Source: Pseudogymnoascus verrucosus (Eukaryota). From it: DNA of 64,000 nucleotides. The notes below the pieces were generated by a model, which was given only the letters and a program-made list of their open reading frames with translations, did no database searches and was not told the DNA's origin. Position 1 is the first letter of the stretch. Each line of letters starts with the position of its first letter. Location: NCBI GenBank assembly GCA_001662655.1, contig KV460216.1; one strand, written 5' to 3'. The position numbers were made by a program, and so were the translations under genes. Below are positions 44,327 through 60,212 of the stretch, piece by piece.

Positions 44327-45796
44327 TTACGACTTATCAACACATTTCTCCTCCAGCCACCTGGCCAGATTCGTGGAGGGCATATCCACAGCCCTCATGA
44401 ACATGTCGGCGAGCCATAAGCTTAGCGACACGTAGAACACCAGTCCAAATACATATCCAAAATGGTACATCACTCCAGTTTTTCCAAGAAGCGCCCATCC
44501 CGCGTTTCTAATTCCCTTCCCAATAAGCATATTAACAAGTTCGTGAACGAGATATAGAGCATAGCTCACGCGACCCAGATAGCGTGCCGCCGGGGCGACT
44601 AACGGGCGTTGTAGAATAGGCAGATACAAAATCCCGACAATGATAAGGAAACTGCCAGGCAATGCGATGTAGCGCCACTTCTCCCCATGCCAGGTGAGCT
44701 TGCAGAGCGTGGCATAGCCTGGTGTTTCGCAGGTGTGCTCTGTGGGCACGGAGCCCAGGTACATGCCTGCAATGAAGCAAGCCCAGAGGCCCAACTTTTT
44801 GAGGATGCGGCGGCGGCGTTGATTGGTAGCGTTTCCATTTCTACCGTCGTCGTATTGAAAAGAGGAGTCGGTAGCGTCCGCATTATGCAGGAGACCCTCC
44901 TCTTTGCTGCGTTGCGATGCGGCTTCTTGCGTGCCGACGTGGATCTCAGCAGCGAGGAGGCCGAGAACGAAACAGCCCAGGTCCCAGCGGTCATGTAGCA
45001 TCGTGTCAACGAAGACAAGCGCCTCAATGAGCAGCCGCGGGCCTGTCCGGCAACGCGCAATTCCCAAGAGAAGGAGGAAAAGGATCATCGAGCAGCGGAA
45101 CTCGACGGCAATTGTCCACAGCGGCGGCAGGTAGTAGATATGGAACTGGTTCCAGTTGTAGAACGTGAAGAGGTCGCGGAGATTCTCAAAATAGAACCTG
45201 ATATCACCCCACAGTCCTGGAACATAGTGTGGCCACGGTTTATCGAGTAACTGGGCGCGCTGGCACAGAAAGCTGATGAAGGACATGACGAGACTCGGCA
45301 GGCCGAGACGCACAACTCGGCGAAAGGTCATGCTGGATAGGACTGGAAGGATCCGATCACGGTCTCGTCGAAGCATAAGCCGAACGGCTCGGGCTGAGAG
45401 CACATATCCGGAGATGACGAAGAAGAGAAAGACCATGAAGCCACCGCTGTACCATATCTTCACAAACGGCAGCTTCAAGAGGTTTGTGTTGCCGTTGTAG
45501 CCATACGCGGTTCGGATATTGGGATAGGCGAATGAACTGTAGTGAAAGATCATGACAGCAAAGGCTGCCACCCCTCGAAGGCCATCGAGGCAGTCGGTGC
45601 TTGCGCGCTGGGCGGCTATTTGTGGGTCTATAGGGCGCAACGAGACGGGTTTGGCGGGACTGGGAGAGAGGACGCTGGGGACGGCGAAGGAGAGGAGGCC
45701 ACGGGCGGCCGAGGGGAAGGAAAATTTGGAGGCGGCATGGACGAGGACCAGAGGTAAAGTCCAAAGTAGAGCTGTTGGCGTGGTGGCGGGCGACAT
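44327..45796 (-). CDS. Acyltransferase-3 (OafA-like) membrane O-acyltransferase
   Basis: LDGLRGVAA..V...H, FFVISGYVL, RRVVRL, LWTIAVEF and YLGRVSYALYLVH. An upstream in-frame ATG at 45961 is possible. Confidence 0.92.
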   Translation of the reverse strand: MSPATTPTALLWTLPLVLVHAASKFSFPSAARGLLSFAVPSVLSPSPAKPVSLRPIDPQIAAQRASTDCLDGLRGVAAFAVMIFHYSSFAYPNIRTAYGYNGNTNLLKLPFVKIWYSGGFMVFLFFVISGYVLSARAVRLMLRRDRDRILPVLSSMTFRRVVRLGLPSLVMSFISFLCQRAQLLDKPWPHYVPGLWGDIRFYFENLRDLFTFYNWNQFHIYYLPPLWTIAVEFRCSMILFLLLLGIARCRTGPRLLIEALVFVDTMLHDRWDLGCFVLGLLAAEIHVGTQEAASQRSKEEGLLHNADATDSSFQYDDGRNGNATNQRRRRILKKLGLWACFIAGMYLGSVPTEHTCETPGYATLCKLTWHGEKWRYIALPGSFLIIVGILYLPILQRPLVAPAARYLGRVSYALYLVHELVNMLIGKGIRNAGWALLGKTGVMYHFGYVFGLVFYVSLSLWLADMFMRAVDMPSTNLARWLEEKCVDKS

Positions 45797-46968
45797 ATCG
45801 TCCCTCGTTCGTGGCTTGACTGTTCGCTCCAAAACAGGTGCGATCAGTAGGACAAGGGAAGAAAGAAGAGAGAGAAAGGAGAGGAATGGAAAGTAGGTAG
45901 GGGAGATTCCACATCCACCAGGAGCCGCCTCCAGGAGCCAGCCTGGTGAGGGAGGGTGCATCGGTAACCCTCCTACCTAACGCCGCTGTTCCCAGGCAGC
46001 CCCCACATCGATGATCCCCCCATTCCACCTGGGGTACTCCAGCGGGTAGATTATCTAGGGGTCCAACGCCAGTGCGAAGAAGGTGCTGTCAGCTTCGGAG
46101 CCAGCATAGTTCATTGGCGCCAACACCGTCTTGGAGTGGACCGGGTGTGCTATAGCCACTGCTCGTATGCCTCATACGGGCCTCTTGCTGGTTTTCTTTC
46201 GTTGACTCCATGGACCTCAATTCGCCGAGTCAGCCGGGGATAGAGAGAAACTTACCTGGCAAAAAAGAACATCTCTGACATGTGTCCGCACCAACCGATA
46301 TTGTTTTGGCGCTCCTTCATCCCCATAAATTGGTGTTGGGTCTGTGGACACCACACCACTCGATGGCGGAGTACTTTCGATAATTTCATGGCGGAGGTCT
46401 TGGCGGTGCTGCATTGGCGATGGATAATCCCCTTATACGTGCTGCAATCAGCCAGAAGGATCAGAATAGCGTTTCATTTGCTCCGGCCGTCTTGGCACGG
46501 CCGGTTTAGGCAGTTTTGAACGCCTCCAACGATAAGTGGGTTGGGTTATTGATCCATTTTTTCCAAGCCTGAAAAGAGCATAAGTATATCATGGAATTGT
46601 GTGATCATCAAGGGGTAGCTAAATGCAATATATAGACGCGACAGTTTCGCCTCTGAATCTATGTGGTTGAGTGGAGATGGAAGAAGATCGAGATACTACG
46701 TAGTGGATGATGTTCACAGTCGTCGGTCTTGGCGGCTAATCTGTTCCTCGTTTAGCCTTGACCGGTATATCACGTGATATATTTCACAACAGAATGATAC
46801 GATGGAAGGGCGATCCATGTGGGCCTAAGAAATGATGATCACGAAACACGACAAGACGAGCAGTGATTAACACCATGATCAGAGTGTACAGTTTCATTTT
46901 CTTCTGTCTCCCAGCCGCGAGTAGACGAGGCGAGACACTACACTACATAAAGAGATGGAGCCGAGCCC

Positions 46969-48891
<1,923 letters not shown>

Positions 48892-50506
48892 TTAGTACTG
48901 TGGAGTGGAAGTCACACCGGAATGTCTTATCTGGGAAATGATAACCCCGGACGCGAATGACCTCAATGTGCAGAGTAACCAGTAGCAACACCATGTCTTG
49001 GAAAGTAAGTTCCCCGCACCTTGCTAGTAGTGGTGACCAGCAGGCCACATCTTGGACGTGCAACCTTGGAAGGCTAAGATGATGGTTATAGTAGCATTTT
49101 GATGGTCCGTGGAGGAGCCGAAGCAGTCACAATGTTTACATGGAGAGTGGAGAGTGGAGAGCGGAGAGCGGGCAGAGGAGAGCAAATGAAGTATACTGCT
49201 CCGTACGTTCTTGTCCAACTTGTGCGACAGCTTGTATGGCAAACAAAGCTCTGTATTTGCCGTGAAGGACCCCTACTCCTGTACCGAGTAGGGCTATGAA
49301 CGGCGTAGGGGAGCTGCTGTGTGCGGTCGTCGGTGTTGTTACATCGGAGAAGGTCCCCCTGGCTAAAGCCAACGGAACGTTACGCTCTCGGCGTTGGCGT
49401 TGAAGAAAGCTCGATAAGGTCGCTCGCACGGACCTTTATGTGGCGCGTCGTCGCGCTCTTTCTGTCCTTCGCCGGAGCTATCCTCGTGATTTCCCCGAGT
49501 CGCCGCTGTCCTTGTGTTGTGCAAAGCAGATCTTCTCGCCGAGCTGTCACTGTAGACGTCGATCCTCGCGTCGGGCCATTAGCCGCCGTAATACGATAGG
49601 TAGGCTGCTTGACGCCGGACCTGGACTCCTGTCAGATCGTATAGGGACAAGTGCCGTCCTGTACGATATACGATACGAAGGACAAACCTCGGTCTGTGCA
49701 CTCTGCCAAGCTAGTGGCAGATGCCACAGCGGGAAGATGTGGGGAACAACCTTGTACTGTCACCTTGACTTGACGCCGCTGGTGCGGACTCGCGGAGGTT
49801 CGGATGAGGGCATCGCGTGAGGGGGTAGGAAAGATAGATTACACGCACTATCTGGTGAAGAATTTCAAGAACGGTGAGAGGGCACGACATGACAGGATGG
49901 TACGTGCGATCCAAGCCACTGTCACGTACCATGCCCAAAGGTAACATCGGACAAGCCTCACTGATGTCGAGTTCCCGTGGGCGCCAGGGAAGCTGTCATC
50001 CCAGGGACTTCAATTTCAGACGGAATCCAAAGCTTCTAGATTACAACCCCTCTCGCAAGTCACACCTTTCGAGGATCCGGGCGCTTGTGGTCGGGTCAAA
50101 GACGTACCGCATTGATGTGGTCTTACTTTAGACGCACTCAAGGGAGCAGCGGTGGGGCTGAGGAATACTTAATTTGTGATGCATCGTATCATATGTAACA
50201 AGCAGGGAGACCTTAGACGTATTTCAATGTTTATAGTGCACGTGGAGGTCTCAGTCAAGTTCAACGTGCCGTGGTTCAATCATAAGCTACAAGCGCGCTC
50301 ACTTGACGTTGAAAGTCCCTGACCGTCACCCATAAGCAGAGTCATGAACTCATCAATATTCACTCCATCTGCCAAAGCCCACATGCAGATATTTTCCCTG
50401 AAACCACCACCCCGTCCGCCCTTCAAACTGCTCCCAATAACAAACTCACGCCGAATAGACACGCCAAAGACGCCGCTTGCTTTTGAAAATCACACCTATC
50501 CCCCTC

Positions 50507-52623
50507 TCAAAGATCTCGCCTATTCACAGCCGCTTCCCACTCCCACATATCCCTGCCTGACGCGCACAAGCTCCCATATCGGCTAGCTACCAATAATGCT
50601 ACTACGTGGGCTAGTAGTAGCAGGGTCGTCATACGTCTCTCCATCCTGCCTACAAGGACCAGGTCCATAGCAGCGAGTATGAGCAGGGGTGCTGAGACGA
50701 GCGGATTGGTTGCCCATGGCAGGCATGGTTTCGTGAGGGTGTATGCTTTGAAGAGGAAGATGATGAACTTGGCCACATATGTCAACAGACGCCCGTTAGA
50801 CTGCATCCAGGATCGTGCACTGTGCGAAGCCAGTGCAAGATGTTGGTTGAATCTGCCAATGCGACCAGATGGTGGGGGCATCAGTAGTGGCGTCGTCACC
50901 TCGGGCTGTGAATCAAGGTGATTCGACAATGTTTTCCGCAGTGCATGAACCCTCTCGCCATCTTCATCTTCAATATACGCGGCCGAGACCGACCGGGTGC
51001 CGCCAATGGGCTTCGCTCCTGGGGCGGGAGAATCAACCGGTTGTATCCTCTTGCCGACATTCAGGTTATTTTTCGATCTGGACAAGCTCGATACCCCCTC
51101 CAAACCTGAACCGGAGCTGATGGCCTGTAATATATCGGTTGCGCCCGGCCTGTCGGCAGGGTTGAGGCTGAGAAGTCGCTTCAAGAAGGTATATAGCTGG
51201 TCTGGGAGATCCGGTCGCTCCTGCCTCTCATCCCGGAAACCCTGCCACGAGCTGATTTCCGCGCGAAGCTGGTCTAGGTCCTCAAACTCCTCCTGGATGT
51301 TCTCGGCGCTGAGATATGGCAATCGCCCAAAGCACATGAAATAGAGGATCATGCCGAGGGAGAAGATGTCACTCTTCGCCGTGAAGTTCCCATATCGACC
51401 CGACGCATCTTGTCGTAGAACTTCAGGCGCACAGTAAGATATCGTTCCAGTAGCTCCCGTTGACTTCCTATATACGTTATCGGCTTGCACTTCGCCAAAA
51501 TCGCTGATGAGGCACCGAAGATCCTTTTCGCCACGATGTAACAAGCAGTTACTGGGCTTCAGATCCCGGTGGATGTAGTTCGAAGCATGCAGGTGCGCGA
51601 GTCCAGATGTGATGTCTTTGAAAAAGGAATAGATCTCGTCAAACGCCAGCTTCTTCTGAGGCGATTTGAGTCCTTGCGGCCGATCCAACTGCCCCTTCGA
51701 TCTCCTTCTCATCTGTGCCTTGAGTTCTTCGTTGGTGCTTGTCGCAGACGCACCTTTACCAATCACGTAATGGAGTAGATCACCCGAATTGCAGTATTGC
51801 TGCAGAATAAATGCGCATGGTACCGATGGCCCGAAGCGATTCAGCTTGTAATCTTCCAGCCAGACGTGACGATAAGAGACGAGGTTGGGATGCGACAGCT
51901 GCTGCAACAGCTGGACCTCAATAAGCACCTTTTCCAACCACTCGTGATCGTCCCCAACGGGAACCCTTTTGCAAGCAAAGTGGCCCAGGAACACACCATC
52001 AAGCTCGTGCCTGACCAGCAAGACTACTCCCTTGCCACCCCTTCCCAACTCACTCTCCACAGTAAAGAACTTCTGAAAGTAATTGGGGCTGAAGGCGTCC
52101 TTCTTTATGCCTAGCGCTTCTCGTCCGCTCTGGCCTCCCGGAGCACTAGTCACAAACTCTGCGTCGTCGGATTCTTCAAGCCCCTCGGTATCAGCCCTAT
52201 GCCCACCAGCACTCGGAGCTCGATAAGGCTCGCTCCTGGGGACCGGTTGTGTAAGCCGTCGTATCGGGCTGCTCGGTGGTTCTCTCTCATCTTCGCTTCC
52301 TGGCTCAGAGGCAAGGCGCAGCATGCGAAAGTATTCAGGGTTGACGAAGCTCTGTCCGTGGATCGGGCCGCTCGAGAGCGGGTGGCTCTCGTCGGTAGAG
52401 GCGCTGCGGATGGATTGATGGCAGTAGGGACATTCTGTCAGCTTTTGGGCGGCAGAGGCACCGCGGAGTATCAACTGGCGTGTCTGGGGGTCGCGCACAA
52501 CAATGGCGTCGTCATGTTGACTGTAAAGTCAGTCATCGGCGGACAGTGAAATGAAGGTGGGGTAGGAGAGGCGTACAGAACAATCTCACGGCTATCGCGA
52601 GAGGAATATGGAACGAGGGACAT
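50507..52623 (-). CDS. IKS1: IKS1-family Ser/Thr protein kinase
   Basis: Exon 1 MSLVPYSSRDSREIVL, intron ~52523-52575. Motifs LGRGGKGVV, FACKRVPVGDDH.WL, HRDLKPSN, DFGE, TGT.SYCAPE; C-terminal hydrophobic segments. Confidence 0.92.
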
Positions 52624-53154
52624 TGAGACTCAGAGATGCCGCATTTGTATGACTGTTGAAGTGATGAATGCTAGAAGCAAACACTTTTATCTTCACGTTA
52701 CTTCAGTGTACATTGCTATTCCACAATCGAGGTTTGTTTATGGAAGCTGGACTCAATAGTTGGCTTGTGCTCAGCACTGTAACACAGTGTGACGTAAGGT
52801 CATGTGACGCCAAAATATGTCCGAGAAATCTCTCTTATTTTGCTGTTATGAAAATAGCTAAATTCCCATTGGAAATATGCCTTATCTAGGACTGTTGACC
52901 TGCAGTTTATACCCCCTTTCTATCGTTCACAGCTTGTGTGGTACCGCCAAATTCGAATTCCAAATTTCGGTAAGGATCGTTTAGTTTCCGCCCCCCGCAA
53001 ATCCCGTTGTCCCCCCATTCCCTACCCCGTACCCTGTGTCACGCCATGTTCAACCTTTGAACCCTTAATTAATAAGCTTAATTATATAATACAAGCAGCT
53101 GGTGTGTTATCCCAAACTCCACGGGACAGCAGAAATGCTTCCTGCGCAATGCTT

Positions 53155-55500
53155 TTAGTTCAACGGGAGACTAAGCTCTTTCGTCAACACGTGTATGTTG
53201 TTAATAAGCCCTTCCACAAGCGCGTCGTATCTATGCGGCTGCGAAGATTGGAGTCGCTGTCCTTGCTCAACAAGAGTTTTCGTGTCTATCTCAATCTCGA
53301 GCTCATGCTCCTTATCGCCCTGGACAACATGTTAGCTAGGTTCTGCAATGAAAGTAATAACAACACTCACTGAAGCTGAGGTAACCTGCGTGAGATCGAT
53401 CTGATAGTGTGATTGAGTGTAGCTCAAGCGGTCCTTGTTCCGGTCTGGCTGATTCTTCTTGTCAGAGCCGCGGGCCAGAGCCTCACTGTCACCGTCATAT
53501 CTCATTTCGAGGTTGACGCTTATACGACAATCCAGAGGAGAGTTCGGTATGTAGATATCCAAATCTTTAACACGAGTCTTTATAATCTGTGCAAGTGGAG
53601 CACCTGTCTTTTGGTCATGAGTAATCCGGACCTTCGGGGCGTGGTGACTGCTCTGCTTCAAGAAGTGCTGGATACTGGGCGGTAGTGTCTGCACTATTGC
53701 TTTGGGCAATTCGAAGAAGCTATCCCGCTCCCGCCTGTGCGCATATCGAATTGGTACCCGCGGCTTGGGCCTATTCACGTTGCTCGGATGGGTCTGTGTC
53801 ACAAGACCATTCAAAAACTCGTTCATTCTCTTGTGTTGTTCCTAGAGTTGTTAGTTTAACTTCGGGGACAGTGGATTAAGGGGACATACCTCTGTCATGG
53901 AGCTTCTGAACGAAATACGGTTGCTCGGAGCTAGGACACACTCTGAAAGGACAGGCAGATAGTACCTTTGGTTTGTCTCTTTGTCAATGAGCTGTCCCAG
54001 TTTCGCTTCGATTTCCACCGCTACTCCTCGGCTCTCTAGCTCGCCCCAGTCGTTCCTGTTGACAACTTCGAGATATAAGAAGTCGGCAATGGCTTTGGTA
54101 AGGTCGTTAACTGGCGTAGTATCCGAAATGCTTGGCTCCCAGGGCCCAAGAATATCGTCATACTTGGTGGCAGTAGGAGTAACGCCAGCTTCTTGTTTGG
54201 GGGTTTGCGGCAGGGAAATCTCGGGTGACGTATGGGCGGCAGGCTTTCCATTCGCCTGGCCAGAAGGTGCTGGAAACTGCTTGTTCTTCTTGTAGAGCAT
54301 CCAGCTTTGAGCCCAGATCGGTGGTTCATTATATCGTCTGCGCTTCCTTGGCTCTTGCGGGGATTGACTCTTACTACTCATCGGTTGATCGCCGTTTGGA
54401 GCGCTCGAGGGAGCCCTTGCATCCGAACTGCGTCTATCGTCAATTTTCCTCTTGGCAGGTGTTGGCGCAGGATCTGGTGCAGGTGTACGTTGTCGGGCCT
54501 GGTTGGCCGCTTCGCTCTTGGGTTGTCCAAACACCGTTGTCTTTGGGCTCACGCTCATACTGTTCTCTCTTTCGCTTTGGGAGTTCCTCTTTGACGCTGG
54601 CGCAGAGGCTGGGTTGTGATTATAGGGAGCCGGCGTCGTGGGAGCTGCTGACACTGATGGCGATGGAGATATGCGTTCGACTTTTGTGTTATCTTGCTGA
54701 ACTCCTAACGATGGAGCGCGTTGTTGATATGGGCTCGTTGGGAAGGGATAGCTTCCAGTTGATTGGCGCTGTACAGTCGCGGGTTGGCGAAATGGGGTGC
54801 CTGGCTGTGATCGCTGCGCCTGGTCTTGTGGAAAGGGCGTTGGCGGGAACGCGGTATTGGCAACTGGGCTTTCTTGAAGCTGTTGCGTATATAAGTTTTG
54901 CTGACTTTGAGCTGAGGTAGGTGTGGGACTCGAGTGAGATGACTGTGGCCGCTGATGTGGCGGGAAAGGGTAGGACGTGTTCGAACTTCCAATTGGAGGT
55001 GTGAGCGGAACAGGAGACGCTTGTGGGTAGTTCATATGCTGAGATTGAGGTTGAGCCTCGTTTTGTGAGTAGCTTTCGCGATGGCGGAGTGCTGGTGGGT
55101 ATTGTTGAGGTTGACCAGGACTTTGAGGTGCTGCGTTTTGTGGGAAGGGGAAAGCTCCTCCGCTTGTCGATGAAGAGGGAGTATGGCGAAATGGAGATTG
55201 GCCGGAATAATGCGACGAAGTAGCTGGGGATCGGAGGTCGTTACTCGGGGGCTGAAGGGGAGGAGGCGGAGGTGGTCGTCCTTGAAAGGACCCTTGGTAT
55301 GCTGTTGGAGAGGTGAATCGTTGAGCTTGCGCGCCATAATCTTGCGACGCTTGTCTACTCGGCGGCGCGGGCTGGCTGTGCTGGCTATATTCTCGGTACA
55401 AACCTGGCGATGGTCCAGTTTGCGCGGGAGTCGCAGGTTGTGCTTTGTCCTGCCTCGAGGTGTCTCCCCCTTCGTTGTTAATGATCGATCTCAGATCCAT
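53155..55500 (-). CDS. CET1: mRNA-capping enzyme beta subunit (RNA 5'-triphosphatase)
   Basis: PPIWAQ, PWEPSI, EIEAKLG, DCRISVNLE, R.KDRLSY, IDLTQV and EHELEIE; introns near 53843-53889 and 53325-53370. Confidence 0.95.
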
Positions 55501-56352
55501 TGTTCCGACAAGTCCGTAGTCCCGTTCACTCAGCGGCCACGGCCTCCCAGTATGTCCGTCAACAGTTTGGTATACAATATGCCTTCATTGAAGTTCAGCC
55601 ACAATTGCCGTTCCAGCTGAAGTCTATCGGATTCAGGATAGGCCGGTGGTTCATGAGTCTGCCCAAAGTCGGATCGGTTGGAGTTGCGCCAACGCCGTCA
55701 GCACAGAACTGGCACTATCGAGGTTGTCGATTTTATCAGCGTCGCACTACGAACAGTCGCGCGAAGCTATGCGCAACGTTTTCGCTGCAGCTTGACGCTC
55801 GGTTGCTGGTGATTTGAGATGTTGTAAAATAATTACACAGTTCGTCCCCCCTGTGGTCAACGACGATCTGCCTCCGTTTGCTAAACGAAACAAATGTCGC
55901 GACCTGTCTACAAGACACGCAAGCGTCATCACACATAACTATATGATTTTTTACTCATCACTGGGATCTCTATGAGGCTTCAAATAATATATAGCTATGT
56001 AGTGTCATTTGTAAGAAAAATGCTACATTTATTTGCGATTTTCTCTACTTAATTAATTTATTTTTCGATGGCGGCGACAGAAGAGACGCGTGCCATTGTG
56101 CTGCCTCAGGCATGACTGCTTTGCATTTCACTATCCGGTTTTGGTTAAGCGTCAATAGCTGCGTAGCTCCAGGCTGTCGCGCTTAGGTGTTGCTGAAGTT
56201 GAGGCTCAGGCATCATCGTGTGTGTGTAATCAACAAACCAATTCCATCGCCATCAACCACTTTCGCCCATCAACATCTCAATATACCCATTTACAATTGT
56301 GCGCATCTAAGACCTCACCCGCTCCTATCAACAACACACATAAATCGACGAT

Positions 56353-59300
56353 ATGCCCGGGCTCGTGTCCGCCACAGGCGTCCTCGGGTTCCTTTCCGAC
56401 GAGGAACCCGAGCTCAAGATCTTCGCCCTACAGACCTTGAACGATGATATCGATACTCTCTGGACGGAGGTAGCGGGATCTGTTGGGCAGATGTGAGTTA
56501 CAACTGCAGTTTGAGATCCCATCAGTGGCTCAACCCCCCCGTGCGTAGGAATTGGTTTACTGACAGCTGGCGTTCACAGCGAGGCTCTCTATGAAGACGA
56601 CACATTCCCGGAGCGCCGACTTGCGGCACTTGTGCTGGCAAAGGTGTACTACCATTTACAAGAATACAACGAGAGCATGGCGTTTGCTCTAGGCGCTGGG
56701 GACCTCTTCAAGCTCGACAACGGGGGGGAATTCGAAGAGACCATCATCTCGAAGTGCGTGGATCAGTACATTGCCCTCTCGGCATCACATCGTCCACGTG
56801 CATCGGATGCTGGCACCGGCGCTATTCCTACTCTCGCAACATCATTTGCGAATACTGCTGGCGACAGCAACGTGTCGGGAGCCCTATCTTCCCCAACGAC
56901 TCCATTCTCTCAGTCGACTCTGCCATCCAAGTCGCTGTTATCTCGCCAATCCACCGATATCTCCGCCGATTATCCAACCATCAGCACAGGAGCACTGTCA
57001 TTATCTGTTGCGGACCGCAAGACTCAGGTAGCACTTGAGAACGTCATCGAGAGGTTGTTCGAGAGCTGCCTGCGCGAGGGGAGATACAGGCAAGTGGTTG
57101 GGATAGCAATTGAAGCTCGCAACTTGGAAGTCCTGCGAAGGGTAATCAAGCGTGCAAGCGACGATGAAAAGAAGGCCGGAAAGCCAACAGACAATGGTTC
57201 CGGCCCCACCGAGGAGCTGATGGAGTACGTTCTGAACATCTGTATGGATGTTGTCCAGGAGCGTGCCTTGCGAACAGAGATCTTGAAGATGATCCTCGAC
57301 TTACTAAACGACATACCAACGCCCGACTTTTTCGCAATCGCAAAGTGCGTCGTCTACCTAAACCTGGACGGAGAAGCCTCTGCGATGCTCCGGAAGCTGG
57401 TGGAGAAGGGAGACGACTCTTCTCGGGCAGTGGCATACCAAATCGCCTTCGATCTGTACGATAACGGCACACAAGAGTTCTTGGGAAATGTACAAAAAGC
57501 TCTGCCGACTGAGAAGAAGGCCGAGGAGCCTGTTGCGGAAGGAGAAAGCGAGCCACTCTTGGGAGAGAACAAGGACCAATCCGGCGACTCCTCCAACGCC
57601 GATAACTTCTCCGCCGAGCAGATCCAGATCTTCACCAACATCAGATCCATTCTCGATGGCTCCAAGAGCATCAAGCTGAACTTGGAGTTCCTCTACCGAA
57701 ACAACCACACCGACATCAGCATTCTCAACAAGGTACGGGACAGCCTTGAGGGAAGGAACTCGATATTCCACACCGCAGTGACCTTTTGCAATGCCTTCAT
57801 GAACCAGGGTACTACCAACGACCAGTTCTTCAGGGACAACTTGGAGTGGCTCGGCAAGGCGGTCAACTGGTCGAAGTTCTCCGCCACTGCTGCGCTGGGA
57901 GTCATCCACAAGGGTAACCTGAGCCAGTGCCGGAAGCTCCTCGAGCCATATCTTCCCCGACCATCTTCCGTTGGAGGATCCATCTTCAGCCAAGGTGGTG
58001 CCCTTTACGCGTATGGTTTGATATATGCAAACCACGGAGCGGAGGCGCTCGACTACCTCCGCCAATCATTCAACGACACCCAGGAGGAGGTCGTGCAGCA
58101 CGGTGGTGCCCTGGGTCTTGGTCTTGCTGGCATGGCTACGGGATCGGAGGAGATTTACGAGAACCTTAGAGCCATCCTCTATACCGACTCTGCGCTCAAC
58201 GGAGAGGCTGTCGGTCTCGCAATGGGACTGATTATGCTCGGCACTGGAAATATCAAAGCGCTCGAGGATATGATCCAGTACGCACACGACACCCAGCACG
58301 AGAAGATTGTTCGCGGAGTGGCCATGGGCATGGCTCTTATCATGTTCGGACGCCAAGAGGGTGCGGACGAGCTGATTGAAGGCCTTCTCAACGAAGCAGA
58401 CCCAACTCTTCGTTATGGTGGAATTATGACCGTTGCCATGGCGTACTGTGGTACTGGAAGCAACAAGGCTGTTCGCAAGCTACTCCATGTCGCCGTCAGC
58501 GACGTGAACGACGATGTCAGGCGTATTGCCGTCATGAGCTTGGGATTCATCCTTTTCCGTAAGCCAAGCAGCGTCCCCCGCATGGTCGAGCTTCTGTCGG
58601 AATCCTACAACCCCCACGTTCGCTACGGTGCTGCAATGGCTCTCGGTATCTCATGCGCAGGCACTGGCCTGGATGAGGCAGTCGACCTGCTGGAGCCTAT
58701 GATGAAGGATCCGACCGACTTTGTCAGGCAAGGTGCCCTTATTGCGTTGGCTATGATTATGGTCCAGCAAAATGAGGCCATGAACCCCAAGGTTGCCGCT
58801 ATCCGCAAGACCTTGAAGAAGATTGTTGGCGACAGACACGAGGATGCGATGACCAAGTTCGGATGCTCTCTCGCGTTGGGCATCATCGACGCGGGTGGCA
58901 GAAACTGCACCATCGGTCTCCAAACACAGAGTGGCAACCTCAACATGCCAGGTATCGTCGGTATGGCGGTATTCACGCAGTACTGGTACTGGTTCCCATT
59001 CACCCATTTCCTCTCGCTCAGCTTTACGCCAACCTCCATGATCGGACTCGACCACGACCTGGAGATCCCCAACTTCAAGTTCCACAGCGCCACTCGCCCA
59101 AGTCTATTCGACTACCCTCCTGAGCAGGAGGTCAAGACTGATGAGGCGCCCACTCTTATCGCCACCGCAGTCCTATCGACCACTGCCCAGGCTAGACGCC
59201 GTGCTCAGAAGAAGGAGCGTGCTCAACGCCACGAGAGCATGGATATCGACCAGACACCCACCACACCCAAGGTTTCTGCACCAGACGCCGAGAAGATGGA

Positions 59301-59865
59301 TGTCGATGAGGAGGCTAAGGAAGGCGGAAAGAAGGAAGGAGAGGAGGATAAGGAGGCCGGTGCTCAAGGCACACCCAAGAAGAAGCTCGAGAAGGAGAAG
59401 GTCGGATACGAAATCGAGAACATGTCACGTGTTCTTCCTGCCCAGTTGAAGTTTATTAGCTTCCCAGCTGGGCGATACGAGCCAGTCAAGAAGGTAAGCC
59501 GATTCCCCTCTGTTTTTGGGAGATATATATTAACGAAAATACAGCCAACTGGAGGTGTGATCATGCTCTTGGACAGCCAGCCTGACGAGCCCAAGTCTCT
59601 GATTGAGGAGAAGATGAAGAAGGCCTCGGTCGAGCGCGCCGCCGCACTCCCAACACTCGAGGACCTCAGACAGGAGTCGTTCAGTCTGCGCCGCTTGGCC
59701 GATGCACAAGGCGAAGCTGCGGGTGCATTGTCCGGGGCAGGTGCTGCAGCCGGGGCAGGTGTATTAACAGCCGTGGACGAAGATGGGGAAGGTGGGGAGG
59801 AAGCTGCCGTGCCCAACGAGTTCGAATACTTCTCTGATGATGAGGAGGAGGAGGAGGATAATTAG
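56353..59865 (+). CDS. RPN2: 26S proteasome regulatory subunit Rpn2
   Basis: PC repeats, NWSKFSATAALGVIH, LLHVAVSDVNDDVRR, SYNPHVRYG and QYWYWFP; introns 56494-56579 and 59494-59544. Confidence 0.97.
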
Positions 59866-60115
59866 ACGCATGGGAAGTAATTGGGGCGTCTGTATTACTA
59901 TTTCTTTGAGTTTTTTTTGCACTGGAGCATAGATGGCGGTGGTGGTACGATAGTGAGAGCATAATGCAGAATATTACTTGAGCTTTATTATTTATCGGGG
60001 TTTGTGAAGGTTATGTTTGCTTGTAATAGAGGGATGCGGGAGAGATGTTTATAGCTGGACGGCGAAAAACGAGGCATTCTCATATCAGTACTCGCGAGGA
60101 GCAGCCATCAAACCC

Positions 60116-60212
60116 GCCTGGGTAGCTCAATCGGTAGAGCGTGTGACTCTTACTTCCTATCTTAGGATACGAGATCATCTCAAGGTCGCGGGTTCGAGCC
60201 CCGCCTCGGGCT
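60116..60212 (+). tRNA. tRNA-Lys(CTT) with a ~24-nt intron
   Basis: Acceptor stem GCCTGGG/CTCGGGC, D arm TAGCTCAATCGGTAGAGC, CT-CTT-A then the intron, T arm GCGGGTTCGAGCCCCGC, and a T6 terminator at ~60247. Confidence 0.93.
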